DNA from: a bacterium
Lineage (GTDB): Bacteria > Bacillota > Clostridia > Oscillospirales > CAG-382
Reading direction: 5' to 3'
Length of the DNA stretch: 64,000 nucleotides
Assembly (NCBI GenBank): GCA_963661975.1
Contig: CAVLDN010000001.1
Location: 70,150-134,149 of the forward strand
Shown here: positions 1 through 8,769 of the stretch, in pieces
How the letters are laid out: every line of letters starts with the position of its first letter
How positions within the stretch are numbered: position 1 is the stretch's first letter
Position numbers and translations under genes: made by a program
The notes under the pieces: generated by a model
What the model was told of the DNA's origin: nothing
The model's database searches: none
The model's input: only the letters and a program-made list of their open reading frames with translations

Positions 1-538
1 CCTCACCGTTCCCGCTGCGCTTCCAGGAGCCGAGGTGAACCTCATAAACATTCATCGGCTTGCGGGGTATTTCATCGCGCAGAAGAAGCGGTGCATCCTT
101 TTCGAGTGCGGAGATATATCCGCCGTCCGTCCAGGCATATTCCGGGCAGGCGTAAAGGCTTGCCGTGTTCACGAGCGTTTCGGAATAAAAGGCATACGGA
201 TCCGCTTTATAAACCTTTTTTCCGTCGCGTTCGACAATGAATTTATACCGTGAGCCGACGCTGAACGAGGGGCATTCGAGCGTGCATACCCAGATCCCGG
301 TGCTTTCGCATTTTTCCATCGGGCAGCCGGCATCCCAGCCGTTGAAATCGCCGGTCAGAAAAACCTTGTCGGCACGCGGAGCCCATACACGAAAGACGAA
401 AGCACCGCTTTCCGTGCGGTGAGCGCCGAGATAATCCTGAGAAAAATAATTCGTTCCCTCACCGAAAAGGAATTCGGCATATTCGCTTCTGACCCCGCCG
501 CACTCCGCAAGAGTACGTGTTTTTGCATTATTGTCCAT
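1..538 (-). CDS. glgB: 1,4-alpha-glucan branching enzyme, N-terminal part (gene runs off the left edge)
   Basis: Absent from the ORF track because it has no in-window stop. Reverse translation from the ATG at 538-536 gives MDNNAKTRTLAE...FRVWAPRADKVFLTGDFNGWD...KPMNVYEVHLGSWKRS, a typical GlgB N-terminus. Confidence 0.8.
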   Translation of the reverse strand, partial: MDNNAKTRTLAECGGVRSEYAEFLFGEGTNYFSQDYLGAHRTESGAFVFRVWAPRADKVFLTGDFNGWDAGCPMEKCESTGIWVCTLECPSFSVGSRYKFIVERDGKKVYKADPYAFYSETLVNTASLYACPEYAWTDGGYISALEKDAPLLLRDEIPRKPMNVYEVHLGSWKRSGNGE

Positions 539-562
539 AAATTCCCCGCAGAAGAAAGAAGT

Positions 563-808
563 TCAATCGGTTTCGGCCTCGCCGGATACACCGACGGCAT
601 ATACGGTATCGAAAGCGTCGCCGCCCTCCGCATAGGGAAGAAGACCGTAGCGGAACGCAACTATGAGTGCGGCAACAAGAGCGCACAGCACAGCCGCGCC
701 GAAAATGCGTATCACTGACGATTTGTGTTTTTTGAGAAAAGCGTTCGGATCCACTGCATTGATTTCCTTATAAATAATGTTTTGCTCTTTTCCGATATAT
801 TTTATCAT
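563..808 (-). CDS. small hypothetical membrane protein upstream of glgB
   Basis: 81-82 aa ORF with a Lys-rich N-terminus, one TM segment (IFGAAVLCALVAALIVAF) and an acidic tail. Codon usage looks coding. No obvious SD, and the track start at 811 is TTG with an ATG at 808. Confidence 0.35.
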   Translation of the reverse strand: MIKYIGKEQNIIYKEINAVDPNAFLKKHKSSVIRIFGAAVLCALVAALIVAFRYGLLPYAEGGDAFDTVYAVGVSGEAETD

Positions 809-920
809 CAACGCGGAGGATAATCAAGATGTGCAAAGGCAAAAAAACGGCGCGGCGTGATATTTTTTCGCACCGCCGCGCGCAGAAACCGAAAATTTCC
901 GCACAATACAAAAAAAGGGC

Positions 921-949
921 TTTACAAAGCCGTGAATGTGTGGTATATT
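921..949 (+). promoter_or_regulatory. sigma-A type promoter of rpsO
   Basis: TTTACA (921-926), 17-nt spacer, then TGgTATATT extended -10 (941-949). Confidence 0.55.
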
Positions 950-955
950 GTTGAG

Positions 956-1077
956 GTGTACGGGCACGCCCGTGCGAATAAGGGGCTTGCTCGGTTTGCG
1001 GGTTATCGCGGCTTTATGCCGCAGTTCACCGGCCGCAGGCAGAGTTCGCACCCGTAATAAAGAAAGGTGAAACAACC
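956..1077 (+). promoter_or_regulatory. candidate S15 (rpsO) autoregulatory leader
   Basis: ~120-nt structured 5' UTR between the promoter and rpsO. GTGCGAA can pair long-range with TTCGCAC around internal hairpins (cgggcacgcccg). S15 leaders are known in Firmicutes, but I could not run a covariance model. Confidence 0.35.
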
Positions 1078-1344
1078 ATGATCGCAAAGGAAACCAAACA
1101 GCAGCTCATCAAGGAATACGCAGTCCACGAAGGCGACACCGGTTCGCCCGAAGTTCAGATTGCCATCCTTACCACGAGGATCAACGAGCTCACCGAGCAC
1201 CTCAAGGCAAACCCGAAGGACAATCACTCCCGTCGCGGTATGCAGCAGATGATCGGCAAAAGAAGAAAGTTCCTCAACTATCTTATCAAAAACGATATCG
1301 AACGTTACCGCGCAGTGATCGAGCGCCTCGGTATCAGAAAGTAA
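1078..1344 (+). CDS. rpsO: 30S ribosomal protein S15
   Basis: 88 aa, ...[36 protein letters not shown]..., followed by pnp as in most bacteria. Confidence 0.97.
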   Translation: MIAKETKQQLIKEYAVHEGDTGSPEVQIAILTTRINELTEHLKANPKDNHSRRGMQQMIGKRRKFLNYLIKNDIERYRAVIERLGIRK

Positions 1345-1357
1345 GACTTTCTACCCA

Positions 1358-1398
1358 CGCAAGCAATGCTTTCCCGCATAAGGAACGCATTGCTTGCG
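1358..1398 (+). promoter_or_regulatory. 12-bp perfect stem-loop in the rpsO-pnp intergenic region (no U-tail)
   Basis: CGCAAGCAATGC (1358-1369) pairs with GCATTGCTTGCG (1387-1398). The position matches the processed or autoregulated pnp leader region of other bacteria. Function is inferred only. Confidence 0.4.
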
Positions 1399-1551
1399 CT
1401 ATGAAAGACCACCGCAGTGCAAAGCGGAAGGGTATATTTGGAGTTTAGCAGTTAACCGCTTGCCGGAGCTTTTATGCGGCAACCGTTTAAGTGTTAAACT
1501 TCAAGCCCTTTCGCTTTACGTGAAATACAAATAAACGAAAGGATCAAGAAA

Positions 1552-3654
1552 ATGTTCGAACACTACAAAACCTTCAGTTACGAGTTTGCCGGAAGGCCGC
1601 TCGTTATCGAAACCGGTAAGCTTGCGCAGCTCGCCGGAGGCTCCTGCCTTGTCCGCTACGGCGAAACGGCAGTGCTTGCAAACGCCACAATGTCCGCCGC
1701 CCCCAGGGACGGTATCGACTTCCTTCCCCTCTCCGTCGATTACGAAGAACGGCTTTACGCCGCCGGCAAGATCCCCGGAAGCTGGAACCGCCGCGAAGGC
1801 AGACCTACCGAACACGCGATACTCGCGTCCCGCGTTATCGACAGACCTATCCGTCCGCTCTTCCCGAAGGATCTGCGCAACGATGTCGTCATTTCGCTCA
1901 CCGTTATGTCCGTCGATCCCGACTGCTCCCCCGAAATTTCCGCGATGATAGGCGCTTCCATTGCGCTTTCCATCTCCAACATTCCGTGGAACGGTCCTAT
2001 TGCGGGCGTATTTGTCGGCCTTGTGGACGGCAAGATAGTCATCAACCCGACGGAAGCACAGAGAGCGGTCAGTGATCTCGAACTTACCGTTGCCGGCTCC
2101 GCGAAGAAGGTCGTAATGATCGAAGCGGGTGCAAACGAAGTCGATGACGAAACCATGTACGAAGCCATCATGAAGGCTCACAGGGAAATCATTCCTCTTT
2201 GCGAATTCATTGAAAGCATAAAGGCGGAAATAGGCAAGCCCAAGTTTGAATATCCCGCATTCGAACTCGACCACGAAATGTTCGACCGTATTGCCGAAAT
2301 GGTCGGCGACGAGGTCAAGGTCGCTCTCGATACCGATGACAAGCGTGTGCGCGATGCCGCCCTCCAGCCTATTTACGAAAAGGTCTACGAAGCACTTGCC
2401 GAGGATTATCCCGACAGCAAGGCAATGATAGACGAATGCCTCTACAAGCTTCAGAAGCAGATCGTCCGCAGATGGCTGCTTGACGAAAGAAAGCGCGTGG
2501 ACGGCAGAAGAATGGATCAGATCCGTCCGCTCGCGGCAGAAGTGGGCATACTTCCCCGCACGCACGGCAGCGGCCTTTTCACCAGAGGTCAGACACAGGT
2601 GCTCACCATAGCAACCCTTGCCCCCGTGAGCGAAGAACAGCTTCTTGACGGTATCGACGGTGTCGACACCAAGCGCTATATGCACCACTACAATATGCCC
2701 GGCTATTCCGTCGGCGAAGCCAAGGCCGCAAGAAGTCCGGGCAGGCGTGAAATCGGTCACGGCGCACTCGCGGAACGCTCGCTCGTTCCCGTGCTTCCCT
2801 CCACCGAGGAATTCCCCTATGCCATCCGCCTTGTAAGCGAAGTCGTTTCCTCCAACGGTTCCACCTCTCAGGCATCCGTCTGCGGCAGCACGCTGGCTCT
2901 TATGGATGCCGGTGTTCCGATAAAGGCACCCGTTGCGGGCATCTCCTGCGGTCTTATCACCGAGGGCGACAGATGGGACACCATGATAGACATTCAGGGC
3001 CTTGAGGACTTCTTCGGCGATATGGACTTCAAGGTTGCCGGCACGAAGAAGGGTATCACCTCCATTCAGATGGACCTTAAGATCGACGGTCTTACCCCCG
3101 AAATAATCAAAAACGCACTCGAAACAACCCACAAGGGCAGAAATTATATTATTGACGAGATCATCAAGCCCTGCATAGCGGCACCGAGGGACGATGTTTC
3201 CAAGTACGCTCCCAAGATGATCTCCACCAAGATCGATCCCGACAAGATCCGCGAAGTCATCGGTTCCGGCGGCAAGGTTATTCAGAAAATCTGTGCCGAC
3301 ACCGAATGCAAGATTGACATCGAGGACGACGGCAGCGTATTTATCGCAAGCGTCAACAAAGACAACGCCTACAAGGCGCTCAAGATCATCGAAGCGATCG
3401 CAAAGGATCCCGAACCCGGTCAGATCTTCTACGGCACCGTTACCCGCATAATGAACTTCGGCGCATTCGTGGAAATCGCCCCCGGCAAGGAAGGCCTTGT
3501 CCACATTTCGCAGCTTGATAAAAAGCGCGTGAACAAGGTGGAGGATGTCGTTTCCGTCGGCGATACGATAAAGGTTATCGTTTCCGAGATAGACGACAAG
3601 GGCAGACTCAACCTTTCCCGCAAGGATGCGCTCGACGTTGTCGACGACGAGTAA
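1552..3654 (+). CDS. pnp: polyribonucleotide nucleotidyltransferase (PNPase)
   Basis: 700 aa with two RNase PH domains (FGDMDFKVAGT), a KH domain (GSGGKVIQKI) and an S1 domain (GTVTRIMNFGAFVEI). Confidence 0.97.
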   Translation: MFEHYKTFSYEFAGRPLVIETGKLAQLAGGSCLVRYGETAVLANATMSAAPRDGIDFLPLSVDYEERLYAAGKIPGSWNRREGRPTEHAILASRVIDRPIRPLFPKDLRNDVVISLTVMSVDPDCSPEISAMIGASIALSISNIPWNGPIAGVFVGLVDGKIVINPTEAQRAVSDLELTVAGSAKKVVMIEAGANEVDDETMYEAIMKAHREIIPLCEFIESIKAEIGKPKFEYPAFELDHEMFDRIAEMVGDEVKVALDTDDKRVRDAALQPIYEKVYEALAEDYPDSKAMIDECLYKLQKQIVRRWLLDERKRVDGRRMDQIRPLAAEVGILPRTHGSGLFTRGQTQVLTIATLAPVSEEQLLDGIDGVDTKRYMHHYNMPGYSVGEAKAARSPGRREIGHGALAERSLVPVLPSTEEFPYAIRLVSEVVSSNGSTSQASVCGSTLALMDAGVPIKAPVAGISCGLITEGDRWDTMIDIQGLEDFFGDMDFKVAGTKKGITSIQMDLKIDGLTPEIIKNALETTHKGRNYIIDEIIKPCIAAPRDDVSKYAPKMISTKIDPDKIREVIGSGGKVIQKICADTECKIDIEDDGSVFIASVNKDNAYKALKIIEAIAKDPEPGQIFYGTVTRIMNFGAFVEIAPGKEGLVHISQLDKKRVNKVEDVVSVGDTIKVIVSEIDDKGRLNLSRKDALDVVDDE

Positions 3655-3741
3655 TTACGCCGGAATAGTTTTTTACGAACAAGGCAGGAGCGCACCGCGC
3701 TTCTGCCTTATCGATTATAATACATACCTTTCGGAGTTGAT

Positions 3742-4236
3742 ATGATAAACATCGTTCTTGTAGAACCGGAGATACCGGCAAACGCCGGCAATATCGCGCG
3801 GACCTGCGCCGCAAGCGGAACGCGGCTTCACATGGTGCGTCCGTTCGGGTTTTCGCTCGATGACAGGCAGCTTAAACGCGCGGGGCTGGATTACTGGCAC
3901 CTGCTCGATATACATTACTACGATTCGTTTGCCGAGGTCGCCGCCGCCGCGCCGGAGGGTGCAAAATTCTATTTTGCCACCACAAAGGGCGGTGCGGTAT
4001 ATTCGGATGCACATTTTTCCGACGGTGATTTTATAGTTTTCGGCAAAGAAACAAAAGGGCTGCCGGAGGAGCTTCTGCGGGAAAACTACGCAAGCTGCAT
4101 ACGCATACCGATGGCGGAGGGCGCAAGATCGCTGAACCTTTCAAATTCCGTCGCGATAGTGCTTTACGAGGCGCTCCGCCAAAACGGATTTTCCGATATG
4201 AAGCTCCACGGGGCACTGTGCGGCATAGATTTCTGA
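3742..4236 (+). CDS. trmL: tRNA (cytidine/uridine-2'-O-)-methyltransferase TrmL (SpoU family)
   Basis: 164 aa, MINIVLVEPEIPANAGNIARTCAASGTRLHMVRPFGF...LNLSNSVAIVLYEALRQ. Confidence 0.85.
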   Translation: MINIVLVEPEIPANAGNIARTCAASGTRLHMVRPFGFSLDDRQLKRAGLDYWHLLDIHYYDSFAEVAAAAPEGAKFYFATTKGGAVYSDAHFSDGDFIVFGKETKGLPEELLRENYASCIRIPMAEGARSLNLSNSVAIVLYEALRQNGFSDMKLHGALCGIDF

Positions 4237-4259
4237 ACGCGAAACCGCTTTATTTTTCA

Positions 4260-4287
4260 TTGACTTTCGGCGCAAATGTGCTATACT
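4260..4287 (+). promoter_or_regulatory. sigma-A type promoter of deoB-pdp
   Basis: TTGACT, 16-nt spacer, then TGcTATACT extended -10. Confidence 0.5.
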
Positions 4288-4322
4288 GGGTTTGAATACA
4301 ATCGGAATCACGGAGGTATTTT

Positions 4323-5474
4323 ATGTATAAGCGCGTTTTTCTTGTTGTACTCGACAGCTTCGGGATCGGCCACGCGGATGATGCCGCCGATTTCGGCGAC
4401 CTCGGGGCCGACACGCTTGGAAGTGTGATGACGGCTTCGCCGAAGCTTGAAAACCTTGCACGGATCGGAATGTTCAATATCGACCGTGCGGACAAAAAGC
4501 AATATGCGGTCGAATCCCCCATAGGCGTATATGCCTCCGCAGCGGAACTGAGCCGTGGGAAAGACACGACAGTCGGCCACTGGGAGATCGCGGGGGTCGT
4601 ATCCGAAAGAGCGCTTCCCACCTACCCGAACGGATTTCCGAAGGAGGTAATAGATGCCTTCTGCCGCGAAAACGGCGTGGAAATACTGTGCAATCTTCCC
4701 TACTCAGGCACCGAGGTCATAAAGGATTACGGCGACGAGCACATCCGCACGGGCAAGCCGATAGTTTATACATCTGCGGACAGCGTTTTCCAAATTGCCT
4801 GTCATGAAAGCGTTTACCCGCTTGAAAAGCTTTATGCCATGTGCCGCAGTGCGCGCTCGATACTCACCGGCGAAAACGCCGTGGGGAGAGTTATCGCACG
4901 GCCGTTTGCGGGCGAAAGCGGCAATTACTACCGCACGGGCGGCAGGCACGATTATTCTTTGGAGCCGACGGGCGTTACCATGCTTGACAAGCTGAAACAG
5001 AACGGATTTGATGTTATATCCGTCGGCAAGATAAACGATATCTTTGCCGGGCGCGGGATAACCGAAAGCAACCCGACAAAGGGCAACGCGGAGGGCGAAG
5101 CGCTCCTGCTCGATATACAGAAGCGCGATTTCAACGGATTGTGCTTTGTAAACCTCGTGGATTTTGATATGCTTTACGGGCATCGCAACAATATAGCGGG
5201 CTACGCCGCGGCCGCCGAGGAATTCGACGGCGTTCTCGGCGATTTCATGCGCGGGATGAGCAGCTCCGATCTGCTCATAATCACAGCCGACCACGGCTGC
5301 GACCCGGGCCACCCCGGAACCGATCATACGCGTGAAAACATCCCCGTGCTTGCATATTCGCCGGATATCACCCCGAAAAACGCGGGCGCGTTCGGTAGTT
5401 ATGCCTGCATCGCAAAAACGATATGTGATAACTTCGGAACAGAAAACGATTATTACGACAAAGGGCTTTTATGA
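4323..5474 (+). CDS. deoB: phosphopentomutase
   Basis: 383 aa, VVLDSFGIGHADDAADFGD...TADHGCDPGHPGTDHTRE. Confidence 0.93.
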   Translation: MYKRVFLVVLDSFGIGHADDAADFGDLGADTLGSVMTASPKLENLARIGMFNIDRADKKQYAVESPIGVYASAAELSRGKDTTVGHWEIAGVVSERALPTYPNGFPKEVIDAFCRENGVEILCNLPYSGTEVIKDYGDEHIRTGKPIVYTSADSVFQIACHESVYPLEKLYAMCRSARSILTGENAVGRVIARPFAGESGNYYRTGGRHDYSLEPTGVTMLDKLKQNGFDVISVGKINDIFAGRGITESNPTKGNAEGEALLLDIQKRDFNGLCFVNLVDFDMLYGHRNNIAGYAAAAEEFDGVLGDFMRGMSSSDLLIITADHGCDPGHPGTDHTRENIPVLAYSPDITPKNAGAFGSYACIAKTICDNFGTENDYYDKGLL

Positions 5475-5507
5475 TAAATCTCCCCACTGCGGGAAGGAGG
5501 CTTACCT

Positions 5508-6818
5508 ATGACCTTTTACGATGTGATCCGCAAAAAACGCGACGGGCGCGAGCTCACCGAGGAAGAAATAGCGCTTTTCGTGCGCGGAGCAACCGACGGG
5601 AGCGTTCCCGATTACCAGCTTTCCGCGCTGCTTATGGCGATATACTTCCGTGGGATGACGGATGAGGAAACGGCAACACTTACCGAGCTGATCGCCGAAA
5701 GCGGTCAGACGTTGGAGCTTTCCGACATACCCGGCAGGCATATCGACAAGCACGGCACGGGCGGTGTCGGAGACAAAACCTCGCTCATAATCGGCCCGAT
5801 GGTCGCGGCTGCCGACATGGGGGTTTACCTTCCCAAAATGGCGGGGCGCGGGCTCGGATTTACCGGCGGCACGCTCGACAAGCTCGAATCCTTCCCCGGA
5901 GTCAATACCGAAATTTCCGCCGAACGGTTTATAAGCATCACACGCGATATAGGCTTCTGCATTGCAGGCCAAAGCCGCCTTTTCGCACCGGCGGAATCAC
6001 GGCTTTCCGCGCTGCGCGATGTCACCGGCACGGAAGGCGCACTGCCGCTGATAGCATCCGGAATAATGGGGCGCAAGCTGGCGGGCGGGTGCGAATGTAT
6101 TTTTCTTGATGTGAAATACGGCTCCGGCTCATTTTGCAAAAGCGAGTGCGAAGCGGAGGAGCTTGCGCGGACAATGGTGCGTATCGGCGCTTCCGAAAAC
6201 CGCAAGACCGTGGCACTGATAACCGATATGAACGCTCCGCTGGGCGTTGCGGTAGGCAACAGTGTCGAAATGATCGAAGTTATTGAGGTACTGAAAGGCA
6301 ACGGCGACGAATTTCTTACCGATTTCTGCGTTTCGGTCGCGGGGCGTATGCTTTATACCGCAAACGCAGGCAGTCTTGATTATTGCATACAGCGTGCAAG
6401 AAGCACGATAGAAGACGGCAGCGCACTCGAAAAGCTTGCCGCACTCGTTTACGCGCTCGGTGGCGACAAAAAATATGTTTACGATCCGTCGCTCTTCCGC
6501 GAAAGCAATGTCACGGCAATGCTGGCATCCGACAGAAGCGGGTATATAACCGCGATAGACGCAATGGAAGCCGGCGTTTCGGCGGCACTGCTCGGTGCGG
6601 GCAGGCAGACTCTCGGCGCAGCTATCGATCACACGGCCGGCATAGTGTTCAACAAAAAGATCGGCGACAGGATCGAAGAAGGCGAAGCACTTGCCACGCT
6701 CATGGCAAGTGATATCGAGCACGCGCAGACGGCGATGGAGCATCTTTACAAGGCGGTTTCCATCGGCGACGAGCCGCCGAAGAAACGCAAAACACCGATA
6801 AAACGAATTATCGGATAA
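5508..6818 (+). CDS. pdp: pyrimidine-nucleoside phosphorylase
   Basis: 436 aa, DKHGTGGVGDKTSL, with GGAAGGAGG SD upstream. Confidence 0.92.
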   Translation: MTFYDVIRKKRDGRELTEEEIALFVRGATDGSVPDYQLSALLMAIYFRGMTDEETATLTELIAESGQTLELSDIPGRHIDKHGTGGVGDKTSLIIGPMVAAADMGVYLPKMAGRGLGFTGGTLDKLESFPGVNTEISAERFISITRDIGFCIAGQSRLFAPAESRLSALRDVTGTEGALPLIASGIMGRKLAGGCECIFLDVKYGSGSFCKSECEAEELARTMVRIGASENRKTVALITDMNAPLGVAVGNSVEMIEVIEVLKGNGDEFLTDFCVSVAGRMLYTANAGSLDYCIQRARSTIEDGSALEKLAALVYALGGDKKYVYDPSLFRESNVTAMLASDRSGYITAIDAMEAGVSAALLGAGRQTLGAAIDHTAGIVFNKKIGDRIEEGEALATLMASDIEHAQTAMEHLYKAVSIGDEPPKKRKTPIKRIIG

Positions 6819-6845
6819 CAAACCCCGGAAGCAGGAATTATTTTT

Positions 6846-7268
6846 ATGAAGGAATACATATCCGAAAGCATTGGCGACACGGAGAATATCGCCGCGGAAA
6901 TAGCCGAAAAGCTGAAAAGCGGCGGATTTCTTGCGCTTTACGGCGAAATGGGCGCGGGAAAAACGGCATTCGTGAGAGGGCTTGTAAAGGCGCTCTGCCC
7001 GGAATGTCTGCCGCTTGTCCACTCCCCCACCTTCGCCATTGTAAACGAATATATCGGCAAGGACGTGCGGATATATCATTTTGACCTATATCGGCTGCGT
7101 GATGAGGACGACCTGCTCTCCACCGGCTTTTACGATTATATCGAAAACGGTGGGATAACCGTCACCGAATGGTCGGAAAATTTCGAATCCGCCATTCCGC
7201 CGGAAGCGATAAGGCTGAAAATAGAGCGCACCGGCGAAAACGAAAGAAGGTTTACATTATCATGCTGA
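6846..7268 (+). CDS. tsaE: tRNA t6A37 biosynthesis ATPase TsaE
   Basis: 140 aa, P-loop GEMGAGKT, then HSPTFAIVNEY...HFDLYRL. Confidence 0.9.
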   Translation: MKEYISESIGDTENIAAEIAEKLKSGGFLALYGEMGAGKTAFVRGLVKALCPECLPLVHSPTFAIVNEYIGKDVRIYHFDLYRLRDEDDLLSTGFYDYIENGGITVTEWSENFESAIPPEAIRLKIERTGENERRFTLSC

Positions 7269-7960
7269 CAGCCGCAATTGACAGCACCGCCGTTACCGCC
7301 TCCGCCGCAGTCGCGGAGATCAACGAAGGCAGGCTCGGAAAATACTCCGTATATACCGTTAAAAACCGCCTTACCCACAGCGAAACGCTGCTTCCAATGC
7401 TGGATACCGTTCTGCACGGATTCGGGGCGGACATATCGGATATAGAGCTTTTCGCCGTGAGCGCCGGCCCCGGTTCGTTCACCGGTGTGCGTATCGGCGT
7501 GGCGACGCTGAAAGGGCTTGCGACACCGCACGGTATTCCCTGCGCCGGTGTTTCCACGCTTGAAGCGATTGCCGCAAACATTGGGAACGGCCAAGTGCTT
7601 CCGCTGATGGATGCGCGCCGCGAACAGTTCTATACTGCGCTTTTCCGCAACGGCGAACGCATAACGGAGGACAAAGCGCTCGGATTATCCGAAATTCACG
7701 AAATGATACGCGGCATCGGCACGGTTACCGTATGCGGTGACGGCGCGGGCGTGTTCCGCACGCTTTGCGGAGAACTGCCGAATGTGGTCTATGCCCCGCC
7801 GGCGGCTTGCGATCAGAACGCGCTTTCGGTCGCGCTGTGCGGCGAAAGAGCATACAGAGAAGGAAAGGCAGTCCCGCCGAAGGATCTGCGCCCGATATAC
7901 CTGCGTCTGCCCCAGGCGGAACGCGAACGGCTCGAAAGAGAGAAGGAGGAAAACAAATGA
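7262..7960 (+). CDS. tsaB: tRNA t6A37 biosynthesis protein TsaB
   Basis: Start moved to the internal ATG at 7262 (MLTAAIDST...), which overlaps the tsaE stop. Motif FAVSAGPGSFTGVRIGVAT. Confidence 0.88.
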   Translation: MLTAAIDSTAVTASAAVAEINEGRLGKYSVYTVKNRLTHSETLLPMLDTVLHGFGADISDIELFAVSAGPGSFTGVRIGVATLKGLATPHGIPCAGVSTLEAIAANIGNGQVLPLMDARREQFYTALFRNGERITEDKALGLSEIHEMIRGIGTVTVCGDGAGVFRTLCGELPNVVYAPPAACDQNALSVALCGERAYREGKAVPPKDLRPIYLRLPQAERERLEREKEENK

Positions 7961-8382
7961 TAGCACTCGGATGTGACCACGGCGGGTTGGAGATAAAGAA
8001 CGCCATAATCGAATATTTAAAGCAAAAGGGTATTGAATATACCGATTGCGGCACCTATACCGCCGATTCGGTGGATTACCCCGTTTATGCGAAAAAGGTA
8101 TGCACGGAGATAACCTCCGGCAGATGCACGGCGGGAATACTCTGCTGCGGCACCGGGATCGGGATGTCCATAGCGGCAAACAAGGTCCGCGGAATACGAG
8201 CGGCGGTGCTTTCGGATGAATTTTCCGCGGAGATGACAAGGCGCCACAATAACGCGAATGTCCTTTGCCTCGGCGGAAGAGTCATCGACAGCGCAAAAGC
8301 CGTAAAGCTCGCCGATATCTTCCTCAACACTCCTTTTGAAGGCGGCAGGCACGAAAAGCGCGTTGCCATGCTGGAGGATTAA
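7957..8382 (+). CDS. rpiB: ribose-5-phosphate isomerase B
   Basis: Start at the ATGA overlap with the tsaB stop. MIALGCDHGG...CGTGIGMSIAANK. Confidence 0.92.
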   Translation: MIALGCDHGGLEIKNAIIEYLKQKGIEYTDCGTYTADSVDYPVYAKKVCTEITSGRCTAGILCCGTGIGMSIAANKVRGIRAAVLSDEFSAEMTRRHNNANVLCLGGRVIDSAKAVKLADIFLNTPFEGGRHEKRVAMLED

Positions 8383-8447
8383 CGGCGTCCACACACCGAA
8401 TTCCGCATTTTCCAAGCGATATTTTGCACATAATCGAATAAAAGGCC

Positions 8448-8476
8448 TTGACACGGAGGTATTGTTCTGCTATAAT
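8448..8476 (+). promoter_or_regulatory. sigma-A type promoter of the rpmG-secE-nusG cluster
   Basis: TTGACA (8448-8453), 17-nt spacer, TATAAT (8471-8476) preceded by TGc. Confidence 0.6.
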
Positions 8477-8600
8477 AAGTTTACCTCTGTTGTGCGAGGT
8501 CTTTTTGTTATGTTTGCGGTCAGTCGATTTCCGCCGCCGGCAGCAAAAGCCGTCGCCGTATCAGAGGGAGGTAACATGAATATGGAGGTGCCGAAAAAGA

Positions 8601-8759
8601 ATGAAAGAAAAAAGGGTAAAGGTTACTCTCGTTTGCACTGAATGCAAACAAAGGAACTATGACACGGCGAAGAACAAGAGCAATACCCCCGATCGTCTCG
8701 AAATGAACAAGTATTGCCGCTTCTGCCGCAAGCATACTCTTCACAAGGAAAGCAAATAA
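8601..8759 (+). CDS. rpmG: 50S ribosomal protein L33 (Cys4 zinc type)
   Basis: Too short for the ORF track. Hand translation gives [52 protein letters not shown] (52 aa). Canonical position upstream of secE-nusG. Confidence 0.93.
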   Translation: MKEKRVKVTLVCTECKQRNYDTAKNKSNTPDRLEMNKYCRFCRKHTLHKESK

Positions 8760-8769
8760 GGAGGGCGCT

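Noticed and set aside
829-954. 41-aa very basic plus-strand ORF (MCKGKKTARRDIFSHRRAQKPKISAQYKKRALQSRECVVYC) with a perfect GGAGGA SD 8 nt upstream.
   Set aside because: It runs straight through the rpsO promoter (-35/-10 at 921-949) and the GC hairpin at 850-881. The composition looks like a by-product of A-rich intergenic DNA, and nothing else supports it. It is worth a glance in Ribo-seq data but is not called.
1516-3504. 662-aa ORF antisense to pnp. Similar long antisense ORFs occur at 12037-13641 (opposite typA), 30884-32275 and 32432-33355 (opposite alaS), 42831-44450, 46983-48302, 52504-54351, 54358-55713, 57480-58490, 60705-61925 and 61849-63012.
   Set aside because: These are shadow ORFs typical of GC-rich coding DNA. 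Each lies fully opposite a gene with unambiguous family motifs, their translations are low-complexity (Arg/Gly/Ala-rich), and they have no recognisable domains or SD sequences.
7169-7261. N-terminal 31-aa extension of tsaB in the ORF track. The same applies to the track extensions of rpiB (7765), rpsB (38351), the lipoprotein (17442), the amidase (50136), the 413-aa ORF (21742) and the 486-aa ORF (24888).
   Set aside because: The extensions overlap the preceding gene or a promoter, are Arg-rich or otherwise atypical, and internal starts with proper SDs give canonical N-termini.
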